DNA of 64,000 bases from Candidatus Geocrenenecus dongiae (GCA_023267855.1 JALNLN010000006.1:111-64110); one strand, 5' to 3'; positions 40,465 to 51,110 are shown, counted from the first letter of the stretch. Numbers and translations are program-made. The notes: generated by a model from the letters alone, not told the origin.

Positions 40465-41619
40465 CTACATCACCTTCTTTAGAATTGTAACAAATGCTGT
40501 TGATGCTAGCCCTCCAAGTGTCTGAGCCATACCAGTTATAGCTCTATCCACCTGATTCTTCTTAGCTCTATTAGTTAGCTGTAAGTGTAGTTCAGCCACC
40601 TGGTATACTCCCGTAGCTCCAGCTGGATGTCCCCTAGCTTTTAATCCACCGAAAGTATTGCATGGCAAGCTCCCAGATAGACTTAGTTCACCGTTCTCCA
40701 GTAATCTCCATGCTTCACCTCTACTAGCAAATCCACTTGATTCTAGAGATATTACAGCCATTATAGATGTCGCATCAAATATCTCTATTATCCCTACTTC
40801 GTTTCTAGATATTTTAGCTCTTTCCAGCGCCTTTGTTGTTGCAAGTTGTAGTGCTGGAAACCATAGGGGATCTTCTCTCTGAAATGGTGTAACATAGTCT
40901 GTAGCAGCTTCTATAACAAGTTCTGTTTTAGGAGATTTCAACTTAGATGCAAATTCTTCTCCAACTAGTATGAGGGCTGCCGCACCGTCAGCTATAGCTG
41001 TTGTTTCAAATCTTCTTAATGGTTCAGCGATGTATGGTGAATTCATAACTGTTTCAAGTTTTATCTTGAAAGGATACTGTGCATGCTCAACCCCTACTGA
41101 ATGTTCGTGGCAAAGAACTGGGAAGAGGGCTATCTTTTCTTGACTTACATCGTACCTCTTCATGTAGAGACTATAGATTAATGCGTTAAGAGAATAGAAT
41201 GTTGCACCTATGAAGCCTGTGTACTCTTGTTTCTCACCTACCATTAAGGCTGATGTTACTTCCTCCGCCATACCATCAGACATCTTATCTACTCCAGCTA
41301 CTAGAACAGCCTTAGCTCTACCAGACTCTATCTCTCTAGCTCCAACATAGATTGAAGCTGCACCTGAAGCTGTAGCTGCCTCAACGCTCATAGCAGGTAT
41401 ACCTGACAACCCTAGTTCTTCTGCAAGAACAGCTCCAAGATGTCCTTGCTCTTGAAGAATCTCTGAAAGCATGCTTCCAACATATATCGCATCTACAGAT
41501 TCTAGTCCAGCATCGTCTAATGCTTTTAGAGATGCTTCAGTAACAAGTTGTTCAAGAGAAGTTTTCCAATGTTCATCTACTTTAGTTAATCCAACTCCTG
41601 CGACATAAACCCTACTCAT
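40465..41619 (-). CDS. Acetyl-CoA acetyltransferase (thiolase)
   Basis: Thiolase fold with active-site Cys near the N-terminus (SGIPAMSVEAATASG). ATG at 41619 with GGAGG SD gives MSRVYVAGVGLTKV. The track's longer TTG form is probably spurious. Confidence 0.85.
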   Translation of the reverse strand: MSRVYVAGVGLTKVDEHWKTSLEQLVTEASLKALDDAGLESVDAIYVGSMLSEILQEQGHLGAVLAEELGLSGIPAMSVEAATASGAASIYVGAREIESGRAKAVLVAGVDKMSDGMAEEVTSALMVGEKQEYTGFIGATFYSLNALIYSLYMKRYDVSQEKIALFPVLCHEHSVGVEHAQYPFKIKLETVMNSPYIAEPLRRFETTAIADGAAALILVGEEFASKLKSPKTELVIEAATDYVTPFQREDPLWFPALQLATTKALERAKISRNEVGIIEIFDATSIMAVISLESSGFASRGEAWRLLENGELSLSGSLPCNTFGGLKARGHPAGATGVYQVAELHLQLTNRAKKNQVDRAITGMAQTLGGLASTAFVTILKKVM

Positions 41620-41632
41620 AGAAATGCGCCTC

Positions 41633-42679
41633 CTACATGTAGATCTTACGTCTATTCCTAGCATAAAGAGCGTAATCAATGTATGTCTTTCTTTCGATGA
41701 ATTTATCGAGTGTTGGTGCGAGATTTCTCTTATGCTCTATTCCATCTAGTACTCGAAGTATGTATGAGTCGCTTCCTGCTCCTGAACCAAAGCTTGCTAG
41801 AAGTATTCTCTGATCTGGCTTAGCGTAATCTAGTATTCTAACAAGTCCTAGTAGACTACAAGCGGCGTAAGTGTTTCCGACAAAGCCTGTTATTAGACCT
41901 AGCTTAATTTTTTCTAAGTCTATCCCGAGTAGTCTAGCTACAACCATAGGAAACCTAACATTAGGCTGATGGAATACAACATAATCTATATCGTTTAGAT
42001 TGTAGCCATCTTCATCCATAATCCGTTTAACAGAATTAACAATATGGTGGAAGTATGCTGGATCTCCTGTAAACCTAGCTGTATGGTGTGGGTAACGTTC
42101 ATACTCTCTCCTCCAGAAATCTGGTGTATCTGTTACATAAGACGCCCAAGCTTCTATTTCCGCAAGACTGTTATTCTTATCTCTACCTATTATGTATGCT
42201 GCTGCTCCACTAGCAGCTGTGTATTCAAGTGCATCTCCAGGTCTTCCCTGAGCTGTATCTGAACCGATCGCTAAACCATATTCTATTCTTCCAGCCCCAA
42301 CTAAGCTACATACGAATTGTAGTGCTTCTGTTCCTGCTTTACAAGCAAACTCAAAATCTGCAGCTGTAACTTTTGGTGTAGCTCCAATAGCTTCTGCGAC
42401 AATCGTTCCACAAGGTTTTACAGCATAAGGTTTAGACTCAGTACCAACATGTACAGCACCTATCCTACTTGGATGGATTTCAGCTCTCTTTAAAGCGATT
42501 CTAGCAGCTTCGACAGCCATCGTGACAGTATCTTCATCAACACCAGCTACAGCTTTCTCTTCTACTGGAAGATCTACAGTGTCTCTGCCCCAAACTCTCG
42601 CTATTTCAGAAGCCTTAATCCTATATCTAGGTACATAACCACCATAGCCAGCAATATAAATAGAATCAAGCTTAACCAT
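41633..42679 (-). CDS. Hydroxymethylglutaryl-CoA synthase (archaeal type)
   Basis: Thiolase-like fold with catalytic Cys (ACKAGTEAL), Glu and His. The ATG at 42679 gives MVKLDSIYIAGYGGYVP. Sits upstream of thiolase and DUF35. Confidence 0.85.
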   Translation of the reverse strand: MVKLDSIYIAGYGGYVPRYRIKASEIARVWGRDTVDLPVEEKAVAGVDEDTVTMAVEAARIALKRAEIHPSRIGAVHVGTESKPYAVKPCGTIVAEAIGATPKVTAADFEFACKAGTEALQFVCSLVGAGRIEYGLAIGSDTAQGRPGDALEYTAASGAAAYIIGRDKNNSLAEIEAWASYVTDTPDFWRREYERYPHHTARFTGDPAYFHHIVNSVKRIMDEDGYNLNDIDYVVFHQPNVRFPMVVARLLGIDLEKIKLGLITGFVGNTYAACSLLGLVRILDYAKPDQRILLASFGSGAGSDSYILRVLDGIEHKRNLAPTLDKFIERKTYIDYALYARNRRKIYM

Positions 42680-42833
42680 AGAAGACCTAGAAGAACAATA
42701 ACAAAACACGTTATAAGTCTTATGAATAAACTTTACGACAAAAGTATCCCAACCAAAAACATCTAACCTTCCCAAGAATAAAGAAAACATGCAAAACCCA
42801 GAATTTTAAGCAATCTATGATAATGGTAAGTAG

Positions 42834-42908
42834 TGCTCCGGCCGGGATTTGAACCCGGGTCCCGGGGTCGAAAGCCCCGTATACTTGTCCTGGCTATACT
42901 ACCGGAGC
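42834..42908 (-). tRNA. tRNA-Glu(UUC)
   Basis: Reverse complement is GCTCCGG...CCGGAGCA. Anticodon stem CGGGG/CCCCG, loop CTTTCGA. T-arm CCGGG-TTCAAAT-CCCGG. 75 nt. Confidence 0.8.
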
Positions 42909-43162
42909 ATACTACCGTTACTCTCTATTTTGATTATTTTCTAGGAATGTTTTATACTTTTATCGTTCTTCAATATTAACGTTTAGTTTTGGGACGTGGG
43001 GTTTATGGTTATTTTTGTTAAGTTCTTCTTTCTGATCTTCAGAGATAGTCTCGTTATCTATCTACATTCTACAACTTGTTTAAGGTTCAAGATTTTCCAT
43101 GTTTCATCTATGTGGAAAGTTAATTATGGGATGCTCGCTTAAATCATTCTGTAGATAGGGGT

Positions 43163-44584
43163 ATGTTTACTGTAGACGATGTATCTCTGAGATTGATAAG
43201 TTATGGTCCAAGATTTTCTACTGCAGATCTATCGGTAGAGCCAGATATCTTGATAGCTATTGAAGGTATGGGGACGTTTAAAAGCGTAGGTCTAGAAGAA
43301 AGTCTTAGGAAGATTAGAGAGAAAGATTTAGATTTAGTTGAAACAGCATCAAAGATGCATAGAGAATCTACTAAGAGAGGTCACGCATCAATCTCAACAT
43401 CTCTGACAATACATTTCGAAATAAATAGATGTAGTAGAGTCTCGACGATGCTTCTCGCAGCATCACCATTTGGATCATTTCTACAAGAATCTCAGAGAAG
43501 GAGAATTGTTCAGAAAGATGAATTCTTCTCGCCGAAGAAGATAATGGAATCTCCGGAAGCTTTAGAAAAATACTCTAAGACTATTGATCTTTCATGGAAT
43601 ACGTATAAGATGTTTATAGATCGCGGTGTTCCAGCTGAAGATTCACGTTACGTTCTTCCAATCTCATCTAAAACCTCGATATTCGTAACCGGGAGCTTGG
43701 AATCGTTCATGTATCTCATATATTCCTCGAAGTGTAGAAGTGAAGTCTTCTACCCGTACGAGTTGATTAGACTTGGAGAGATGATAGAAGGTTTGGCTAG
43801 AAAGATAGCGCCCATACTACTTGACGCACGTTTATCTTTCAGATCAAAGTACCCCTCATATCCATACCCAGATCCATATAAGGAAAGAGACATTATCATG
43901 CAGGAGATGCTCAGTAAGTATGGATTTATATCTGAACCTCTACTGTTAAATATGAATGTTGTTGGGGAGATCGATAAGATTGTTGAGAACGTCTTCAATG
44001 ATCCAGTCTACTCTCAGTCGCTGAACCCCATCATCTCAGCTACATTTCTAGAACCACTATCACTTTCAGCATACCACCAATCTATAAGACATAGAACAGT
44101 ACCTACAATCGTTGAATCAATATACACAGCAGTAGAGAGAGCTGTAAAAAACTTGGAGAAAAATATCGTAATCCCACCAAGCATTAAGAGTAGAGAAGAT
44201 CTGAGTAGAGAGTTCTTAGATACTGCGGGAGATATGGTAGACCTCTACTCTAAGCTTCTAGATGAAGGATATAATCCATCTGAAGCTGTATATATTTGTC
44301 CACAGGCTTTAAAGATCTACGTTGTTAGGACTTATAATGCATTCAATCTTCTGTGGCCTCAGGGCTACGTTGCTACTAGGACTTGTAGTTACGCCCAGTG
44401 GGAAGAGAGAGCTATCGCTTACTCTATTTGGAGAGCTGTGGAGAAAGCTTCTCCCAAGATCGGCTCTATGATGGGTGAGAAATGTAAACATCTAGGATAC
44501 TGTCCAGAGAGAAACTGGTGCCCAATAATCAGAAAATACTATCCGGGTTATAATGATGAAAAACACTACGAGATGAATAAGTAA
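43163..44584 (+). CDS. Tandem-duplicated ThyX-like protein (two Thy1/flavin-dependent thymidylate synthase folds) with C-terminal Cys cluster
   Basis: 473 aa. N-half: GHASIS...HFEI...SR...QESQRR and VPAEDSRYVLP. C-half: ATFLEPLS...SIRHRTVP...ESIY and AQWEERA. Only the second half keeps RHR. C-terminal CKHLGYCPERNWCP. Confidence 0.55.
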   Translation: MFTVDDVSLRLISYGPRFSTADLSVEPDILIAIEGMGTFKSVGLEESLRKIREKDLDLVETASKMHRESTKRGHASISTSLTIHFEINRCSRVSTMLLAASPFGSFLQESQRRRIVQKDEFFSPKKIMESPEALEKYSKTIDLSWNTYKMFIDRGVPAEDSRYVLPISSKTSIFVTGSLESFMYLIYSSKCRSEVFYPYELIRLGEMIEGLARKIAPILLDARLSFRSKYPSYPYPDPYKERDIIMQEMLSKYGFISEPLLLNMNVVGEIDKIVENVFNDPVYSQSLNPIISATFLEPLSLSAYHQSIRHRTVPTIVESIYTAVERAVKNLEKNIVIPPSIKSREDLSREFLDTAGDMVDLYSKLLDEGYNPSEAVYICPQALKIYVVRTYNAFNLLWPQGYVATRTCSYAQWEERAIAYSIWRAVEKASPKIGSMMGEKCKHLGYCPERNWCPIIRKYYPGYNDEKHYEMNK

Positions 44585-44588
44585 ACAT

Positions 44589-45386
44589 TCACTCTAAGCT
44601 TACAACATTCTTTACTAAACCATCTTCCAATACTATCGCTGAAGGTGTTATCCCGTAAAATCTACATGAGAAAACTGTCTTCAATCTTCCATTAAATAGT
44701 TCTCCATATCCATTGGGCTGTGGTTCATGTGCTCTGACGAGTAGCTCTAGCTTATTCTCCTCCATGAATTCGTTGAACGCTCTCCAACCATAGAGCTTAG
44801 CACCTCCACCTCTCCAGCTAGGTGCAAACCATTCAATATCTTCTGAAGGATCATTCCAGAGTAGTTGTAAGCCTATCTTATCCAGCGGGTCCAGCTCACC
44901 CTTCGGTATACTGTTCACTTGGTCTATCTTCTTTAATCCCTCAGCTATGCCTCCATGTACTGTGAAGACTTTTCCATTTATGAGAGCAGCGTATGGAAGC
45001 TTAGAGAATAATCTAGCAAATAGTTCATACAATTCTAGATCATACTTGTGGTAGACGATATCCATGAATCCATACCATCTATTCATACTAACTGTTTCAT
45101 GGTTTCCTCTAAGGAGTATTAGATTGTTTCTCCAGCTAAGCTTAGATTCGAGCAACGTCACGATGTTCTCTACCTGTCTAGGACCACGATCAACGTAATC
45201 TCCTAGAAAGAGTAGTCTTAAACCTTCTTTCTCAGCATATTTTAAAGCTTTAAGAGTTGTCTCATAATCACCATGAGTATCTCCAACTATGAGGAAATCT
45301 CCAATATCTCCGATAATTAACTGTGGTTCTTTCTCGAAGATCGGTTCAACAGCTTCTAAGATATTCACAATACTTGATCTATCCAT
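44589..45386 (-). CDS. PPP-family Ser/Thr protein phosphatase (PP1-arch type metallophosphoesterase)
   Basis: GDTHGD, GDYVDRG and GNHE motifs. 265 aa. Confidence 0.8.
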   Translation of the reverse strand: MDRSSIVNILEAVEPIFEKEPQLIIGDIGDFLIVGDTHGDYETTLKALKYAEKEGLRLLFLGDYVDRGPRQVENIVTLLESKLSWRNNLILLRGNHETVSMNRWYGFMDIVYHKYDLELYELFARLFSKLPYAALINGKVFTVHGGIAEGLKKIDQVNSIPKGELDPLDKIGLQLLWNDPSEDIEWFAPSWRGGGAKLYGWRAFNEFMEENKLELLVRAHEPQPNGYGELFNGRLKTVFSCRFYGITPSAIVLEDGLVKNVVSLE

Positions 45387-45445
45387 AACATAAAAATAAT
45401 GTAGGAAGTATTTTATTAAAATATGGTTTAGAGATTGTTTTGAGG

Positions 45446-46327
45446 CTACTTGTTCTTTAAGACTTTTCTTAGAATTTCAGGTATCTGAGAAGGTAGTTCT
45501 GCAACTTCTATGTTTGCTTCTCTAAAAGCATTTATCTTGCTTTGAGCATCACCTACACCCATAGAGATTATCGCTCCTGCATGTCCCATTCTTTTACCGG
45601 GAGGGGCTGTTCTACCAGCTACATATGCTACAACAGGTTTTTCGTAACCTGTTTCCACTACGTATTTTGCTGCTCTTTCTTCCATGTCTCCGCCGATCTC
45701 ACCTATCAATACGACGGCGTCTGTATCTACATCATCTCTAAAAAGTTCGAGAGCTTCTATGAATGATGTGCCTGGGATCGGGTCTCCTCCTATTCCTATA
45801 GATGTACTCTGACCTATTCCAGCCCTAGTCATGGCGTAAGCTATCTCGTATGTGAGTGTTCCACTTCTAGAGATTATTCCAACTCTACCTTTAGAGAATA
45901 CGTGTCCAGGCATGATTCCAAGTTTACATTCAGCTGGAGAGATTACTCCAGGACAGTTGGGGCCGATTATCGTTACACCATTCATCTTAGCATACTTAAC
46001 AAACTTCATCGTTTCATGTACAGGTATTCCTTCCGTTATTACTACTATCAACTCTATTCCAGCGTCTATAGCTTCGTAGACAGCATCTGCAGCAAATCTA
46101 GCTGGAACAAATATTATCGATGCATTTATCTCTGGATGTTTTCTTACAGCTTCACCTACACTATCGTATACGGGTACACCTTCAACGGTTGATCCACCTT
46201 TACCCGGTGTTACTCCTGCAACTATCTTTGTGCCATATTCTTTCATCGCTTTGGTGTGGAATGCTCCTTCTCTACCCGTTATGCCTTGTACTAATACTCT
46301 CGTATTCGAGTTTACGAGTATGGTCAT
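45446..46327 (-). CDS. sucD: Succinyl-CoA synthetase alpha subunit
   Basis: CoA-binding Rossmann domain. Phospho-His loop (SRSGTLTYE). Confidence 0.9.
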   Translation of the reverse strand: MTILVNSNTRVLVQGITGREGAFHTKAMKEYGTKIVAGVTPGKGGSTVEGVPVYDSVGEAVRKHPEINASIIFVPARFAADAVYEAIDAGIELIVVITEGIPVHETMKFVKYAKMNGVTIIGPNCPGVISPAECKLGIMPGHVFSKGRVGIISRSGTLTYEIAYAMTRAGIGQSTSIGIGGDPIPGTSFIEALELFRDDVDTDAVVLIGEIGGDMEERAAKYVVETGYEKPVVAYVAGRTAPPGKRMGHAGAIISMGVGDAQSKINAFREANIEVAELPSQIPEILRKVLKNK

Positions 46328-47454
46328 GTTTTCGCCCCCAGCTCTACGGCTTTCCTTGCAGCTTCATCCATAAACTCGAAAACATATATGCCGTTCTCTT
46401 CTAATATCTTTCTTCCTTCTTCTTCATTTGTTCCCTTGAGTCTTACTACGAGCTTCTTCTTAACAGGATTCTTCTTGAGCGCTTCAACTATTCCTCTAGC
46501 TACTTCATCACATCTAGTTATACCTCCAAGAATATTTATGAATATTATTTCTGTTTTCGGATGTTGAAGGAGTAGGCTTAGAGCTTTTTCTACTAGTTCT
46601 GCTCTCGCTCCACCACCTATATCTAGGAAGTTGGCCGGCTTCCCACCCATAACGTATACTGTATCCATTGTAGCCATAGTTAATCCTGCGCCATTACAGA
46701 GTATCCCTATGTTACCATCGAGTTCAACATAGCTGAAATTCAGTTTCTTTGCTTCAGCTTCATAGTAACTTAGATCTCTAAGATAATCTCCTGAAAGTTC
46801 TTGTTGTCTGTAAAGTGCATTATCATCTACGATTATCTTAGCATCTACAGCATATAGTTTACCATCCGTTGATAAAGCTAGAGGATTTATCTCCGCCAAC
46901 TCACAATCATACTTCAAAAATACTTCGTAAAGTCTTGAAACAATGTCTTGTGCCTGCTTTGACTGTTCCCCAAGTTCTAGAAATCTCGCAGCCTCCCGTG
47001 CACTATATTCACGTAAACCTATAAGTGGGTCTACAGGAATCTTCAGTATTCTTTCGGGTCTCGTTCTAGCGAGTTCTTCTATATCTACACCTCCTTCAGG
47101 AGAAGATAGTATAACTGGCTGCCCCATACTTCTATCTATAATTATGCTTAGATAGAGTTCTCTAGCGATATCTACAGCCTTCGTTACCATGACTTTGTTT
47201 ACTTTCTCACCTTTAATCTCTGAGCCGAGCATTTGTTTAGCATACCTATAAGCTTCCTCAGGAGTGTCTGCAAGCTTCACACCTCCAGCTTTACCTCTAC
47301 CTGCAACTAGAACCTGTGCTTTAACGACAACTCTACCTTTAATCTCTTCAGCAGCTTTCAAAGCTTCTTCAGGTGTAGAGACGACTCTAAATTCTGGAAC
47401 AGGAATACCGTGTTCTAGGAAGATTTCTTTCGCCTCATACTCGTACAGCTTCAC
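46324..47454 (-). CDS. sucC: Succinyl-CoA synthetase beta subunit
   Basis: ATP-grasp N-domain ([12 protein letters not shown]). Overlaps sucD by 4 nt. Confidence 0.9.
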   Translation of the reverse strand: MKLYEYEAKEIFLEHGIPVPEFRVVSTPEEALKAAEEIKGRVVVKAQVLVAGRGKAGGVKLADTPEEAYRYAKQMLGSEIKGEKVNKVMVTKAVDIARELYLSIIIDRSMGQPVILSSPEGGVDIEELARTRPERILKIPVDPLIGLREYSAREAARFLELGEQSKQAQDIVSRLYEVFLKYDCELAEINPLALSTDGKLYAVDAKIIVDDNALYRQQELSGDYLRDLSYYEAEAKKLNFSYVELDGNIGILCNGAGLTMATMDTVYVMGGKPANFLDIGGGARAELVEKALSLLLQHPKTEIIFINILGGITRCDEVARGIVEALKKNPVKKKLVVRLKGTNEEEGRKILEENGIYVFEFMDEAARKAVELGAKT

Positions 47455-47636
47455 AGAAGATATTGTAAACTTTCCTAGTATTGAGTTTTTACTTCAACGT
47501 ACGGTTACATAAGACTCCAGCTACTCCTATTCTTACAGATAACTATATTCGATCTTCACTTAGAGATATGTTTAAAACTTTCTGTAGTAAAAATTCAAGC
47601 TAGGGGTGTAGATAAACGTACACTGTAATTGAGAGA

Positions 47637-48491
47637 TTGAAGACTTACTATATCCTAACTAAGCCTAGGGTTTGGTATTTGTTAGCCTATACTGCTTTAG
47701 GCGGATATATTGCAGGTTCATCTGGGAGAGTAGACTGGATCGGAGCTTTAGTAGCTACTCTAGCTGTCGCATTATCTGCTGCAGGTTCTGAGACTATTGC
47801 AAACTACATAGAGAGAGATATAGATGCAGTGATGGAGAGGACTAGAGGCAGACCTCTTCCCTCAGGGAAGATTAGACCTGCTTGGAAAGCCCTACCATTA
47901 GGCTTCGCCTTAACAGCTTTAGGAGTATACTTAGCATACACTATAAATCTTCTAGCTCTACTATTCACATTAATAGGAATACTGGATTACGTTGTAGTAT
48001 ATGTAATGCTTTCAAAGAGAAGAACTCCCTGGAACATTATTTTAGGTAGTGTTGCAGGAGGAGCGCCGACAATGGTTGGATATGTTTCTGCTGCAGGTCA
48101 GATAACTTTAGATTCCTTAATCTTAGCGGGGATAGTTGTTTTATGGATACCGAGTCATATATGGAGTTTAGCATTAAGGTATAAAGAAGACTATAAAAAG
48201 GCGGGTGTACCGATGCTTCCAGTAGTCTTGAAAGAAGATAAAGCTATAAGATGTATTTCTTCAACAGCAATTTTGCTCGTAGCTTTCTCAATACTGGTAC
48301 ACTTCATAAATCCTGCATCTTACGGTCAGATATATCTGGTAGCTGTAGGTATGTCTGGAGCAGTACTCCTATACCTTTCTCTAAAATTAATGAAGAAACC
48401 TGAACCTAAATCAGCTTGGAAACTCTTCAAATTTACAAGTCCACACCTAGCAATAATCTTCACATCAATAATTATCGAAAGTATAGTCTAG
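47637..48491 (+). CDS. ctaB: Protoheme IX farnesyltransferase (heme O synthase), UbiA family
   Basis: 284 aa, 8-9 TM helices. NYIERDIDAVMERTRGRPLPSG closely matches the CyoE/CtaB motif. TTG start. Confidence 0.7.
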   Translation: MKTYYILTKPRVWYLLAYTALGGYIAGSSGRVDWIGALVATLAVALSAAGSETIANYIERDIDAVMERTRGRPLPSGKIRPAWKALPLGFALTALGVYLAYTINLLALLFTLIGILDYVVVYVMLSKRRTPWNIILGSVAGGAPTMVGYVSAAGQITLDSLILAGIVVLWIPSHIWSLALRYKEDYKKAGVPMLPVVLKEDKAIRCISSTAILLVAFSILVHFINPASYGQIYLVAVGMSGAVLLYLSLKLMKKPEPKSAWKLFKFTSPHLAIIFTSIIIESIV

Positions 48492-48593
48492 AATCCACAA
48501 ACTCTAGATTGTAAACGATGTCAAACAGTTTCCAGCGAATTCTTTTAACTTAGTCTTCACATCAATATCTTGTAAGTGTTTAGATGGTGGTAG

Positions 48594-49073
48594 ATGGTGC
48601 ACGATAGTTATAGAGATGTGTGGGATATTTTAAGAGATGAAATTACGAGAATACTAGAAGATTGTGAAGCAATACTTATCCTAAACTTAAGATTCGCTTC
48701 AACCGAACCTCAGGATAATATTGAAGTAGAGGAAGGAGAAACCTATCTCCAAACGTTCTTCACAAAATCTGTAAAGAATGTTGTTAAAAAGATTGTAGAG
48801 AAGTTTAAAGCTGGATCTCATATGGAGTTGAAGAGGGAGAGGGGAGAGGTAACATTGTTCTTACAATCGAGCGGTAGATTGATTACAGATGATTTGAGAA
48901 GTATGGTTAGAGAGCTTGTAGGCGGTCAAGGATATGTGTTAGAGTATATTGAAGGTGAGATAAGAATGGATGAAGATATATCAGCTCTCTTCTATGGTTC
49001 TCCAAGTAAACTAATATTCATACTACCATCAGCAGATGGGAGGAAGCTCCAGATACTAGAAACATCACTCTAA
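48594..49073 (+). CDS. Hypothetical protein
   Basis: 159 aa. No recognisable motif. ATG start. Confidence 0.4.
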   Translation: MVHDSYRDVWDILRDEITRILEDCEAILILNLRFASTEPQDNIEVEEGETYLQTFFTKSVKNVVKKIVEKFKAGSHMELKRERGEVTLFLQSSGRLITDDLRSMVRELVGGQGYVLEYIEGEIRMDEDISALFYGSPSKLIFILPSADGRKLQILETSL

Positions 49074-49094
49074 GATTTTTGGAAGAAAGTTAAA

Positions 49095-50660
49095 CTAAGA
49101 TCTAGATTCTATTTCTAGTATTCTCCTATAGTATTCCCTAGCTTTCTTGCCTGTTATCTTCTCCCACTCATCTATAGGTACACCATACATTCTTTGAACC
49201 CTATCTCTATACCATTCTGGAATTACGTTGAAAGCACAGAAAGGCACTATTCTACCATCAGGCATCAAGTAATGTATACTACATCTCATAACTCTCTCTA
49301 CATCATAATTGTATTTATCTTGGAAGTGCATCATACCTATAAATAAACTCCGTCTATGCCAATCTCCAACACTCTTGTAATCATGCTTAATTATCATATC
49401 GAATATCATCTTCTTAACATTGATGCCTTCAGGCTGCTTATCTTCTCTGATAAATTTCCCAAAATCTCTAAGAACCTTTCCAGCGACGAACAGTTTACTT
49501 CTACCCGCCTGAAGTTCTTCTGCTCTATCCTGCAGATACTTTATCAACCCATCTATATCTATGAATTCTGTTATCGGTGTTAGCTTATCTCCATTCTTAA
49601 ATACGTATGTTCCAGCTCCACAAACAAAGTGTGGTGTTAACTCGTATTTTAGTGAAGCTGTGAGTGATTCTATTATGTGTGTAAGTGGTGTGCAGGCAGG
49701 TACAGGGAACCATGCTTCTCTAGGTATTTGACCATCAGTCTGTTCTTCAATCAATTTTATACAGTCTGGTATAGTTATCCTGAATCTTTCTCTCTCAGCT
49801 CTTGTCAATCTACCTGTTAATGAGACTGGCTGAAAATTAACAGATCTTATGATGTCTATGTTCCTGAATCCAAACTTGATTATTTCTCCAAGTTCATGAT
49901 CATTAATACTCTTTATTATCGTTGGTACTAAGACTATTCCCACGTTTAGATTTCTAGCGTTCTCAAGAATTTTCGGAACCTCCCAGTGGTTCTTCGGATT
50001 AGTCTCAGGGGTTACACCGTCAAAACTTAGGTAAAGATTACTTACACCCGCCTCCTTAACTTTCTTAAAGAACTCGAAATCCCTAGCAAGCCTGATACCA
50101 TTCGTATTTAACTGTACGTGATCCACGCCTTCTTCCTTTATTACTCTAATGATTTCAGGTAGATCATCTCTAAGCGCAGGCTCTCCTCCAGTAAGCTGTA
50201 CAGAATTTCCCTTAACTGGAAACTCTCTTCTAAGAATTCTGACCATTTCTCTGATCTGTTCTATTGTAGGCTCATAGACGTATCCTACACGTTCAGCAAA
50301 GAAGAAACAGTACCAGCAGTATAGATCACATCTATTAGTTACCACTATGTTTGCTAGTGCTGTGTGGCTGAGATGTCCTGGGCATAGCCCACAGTTTGCT
50401 GGACAAGAATATACGGGTATATTTATGTTCGGTGCCCCAGTGCCTTTACCATCATGAGCATACCTACTAAATTTCTTGTAGATTTCTACATCTCCAAAAT
50501 AGAGTTCAATTGTTTCTCCATGTTCCTGGCAGACTTTATACATATAAACCCGTCCATCTTCTTCATACAAATCTGCTGGTATAATCATATTACACTCTGG
50601 ACATATACTCCATGTTTTTCTAAGAATTTTTCTTTCGCCAGCATCCATCTTTCCCACCAT
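49095..50660 (-). CDS. Radical SAM enzyme with N-terminal Cys-rich metal-binding segment; candidate tetraether lipid synthase (Tes / GDGT-MAS-like)
   Basis: 521 aa. Canonical CDLYCWYC (Cx3Cx2C) in a TIM-barrel region. N-terminal CPEC...C..H ribbon. Several more Cys further downstream. Size and layout resemble archaeal Tes, but the assignment is tentative. Confidence 0.75.
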   Translation of the reverse strand: MVGKMDAGERKILRKTWSICPECNMIIPADLYEEDGRVYMYKVCQEHGETIELYFGDVEIYKKFSRYAHDGKGTGAPNINIPVYSCPANCGLCPGHLSHTALANIVVTNRCDLYCWYCFFFAERVGYVYEPTIEQIREMVRILRREFPVKGNSVQLTGGEPALRDDLPEIIRVIKEEGVDHVQLNTNGIRLARDFEFFKKVKEAGVSNLYLSFDGVTPETNPKNHWEVPKILENARNLNVGIVLVPTIIKSINDHELGEIIKFGFRNIDIIRSVNFQPVSLTGRLTRAERERFRITIPDCIKLIEEQTDGQIPREAWFPVPACTPLTHIIESLTASLKYELTPHFVCGAGTYVFKNGDKLTPITEFIDIDGLIKYLQDRAEELQAGRSKLFVAGKVLRDFGKFIREDKQPEGINVKKMIFDMIIKHDYKSVGDWHRRSLFIGMMHFQDKYNYDVERVMRCSIHYLMPDGRIVPFCAFNVIPEWYRDRVQRMYGVPIDEWEKITGKKAREYYRRILEIESRS

Positions 50661-50825
50661 TAGCCTAAACCTCTCTAGAACATATTCTACGTATAAAGCT
50701 TTCCTGACAAAACCTAATTAGAGAATATGGTTACCAACAGTTTAAACATTCAAAAATATTTTGTTCAGAAGATCACTTCTCAAACTATACGGTCATGTGA
50801 GCCAACTATTCTTAAAATAATTTAT

Positions 50826-51110
50826 TTATATGAATGGTTTTTGTTTTCTCTCTTCTCTTGATCTAACTTTAAGTACGCCGTAGTGTATCGCACAACTTAT
50901 ACATAGATTCTTTACTACTACGTTCTCCGCTATGTATGCTCCCATCTGTTTAAGTTCTCTTGCTAGATCACCTCTGACTAGAGAAACACGTGTAGTAACT
51001 CTCTGTATCTTGCTTCTAGGAACGAATGCACCACAATTATCACATTGGACTGTCCCTTCACTCCCCTTGTCTCCTTTTCTCCTCCCTCTATTCTTTCTCT
51101 TAAACGGCAA
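50826..51110 (-). CDS. rps26e: Ribosomal protein S26e
   Basis: CDNCGAFVP...CISCAIH...VRSREER matches the S26e signature. Probable TTG start at 51110 giving (M)PFKRKNRGRRKG. The track start at 51134 is another TTG. Confidence 0.7.
   Translation of the reverse strand: MPFKRKNRGRRKGDKGSEGTVQCDNCGAFVPRSKIQRVTTRVSLVRGDLARELKQMGAYIAENVVVKNLCISCAIHYGVLKVRSREERKQKPFI

Noticed and set aside
45542-46404. Tyr/Arg/Cys-rich plus-strand ORFs (45542-45766, 45902-46192, 46120-46404) overlapping sucD
   Set aside because: They are antisense to a strongly conserved gene. Their odd composition comes from reading the reverse of GC-poor codons.
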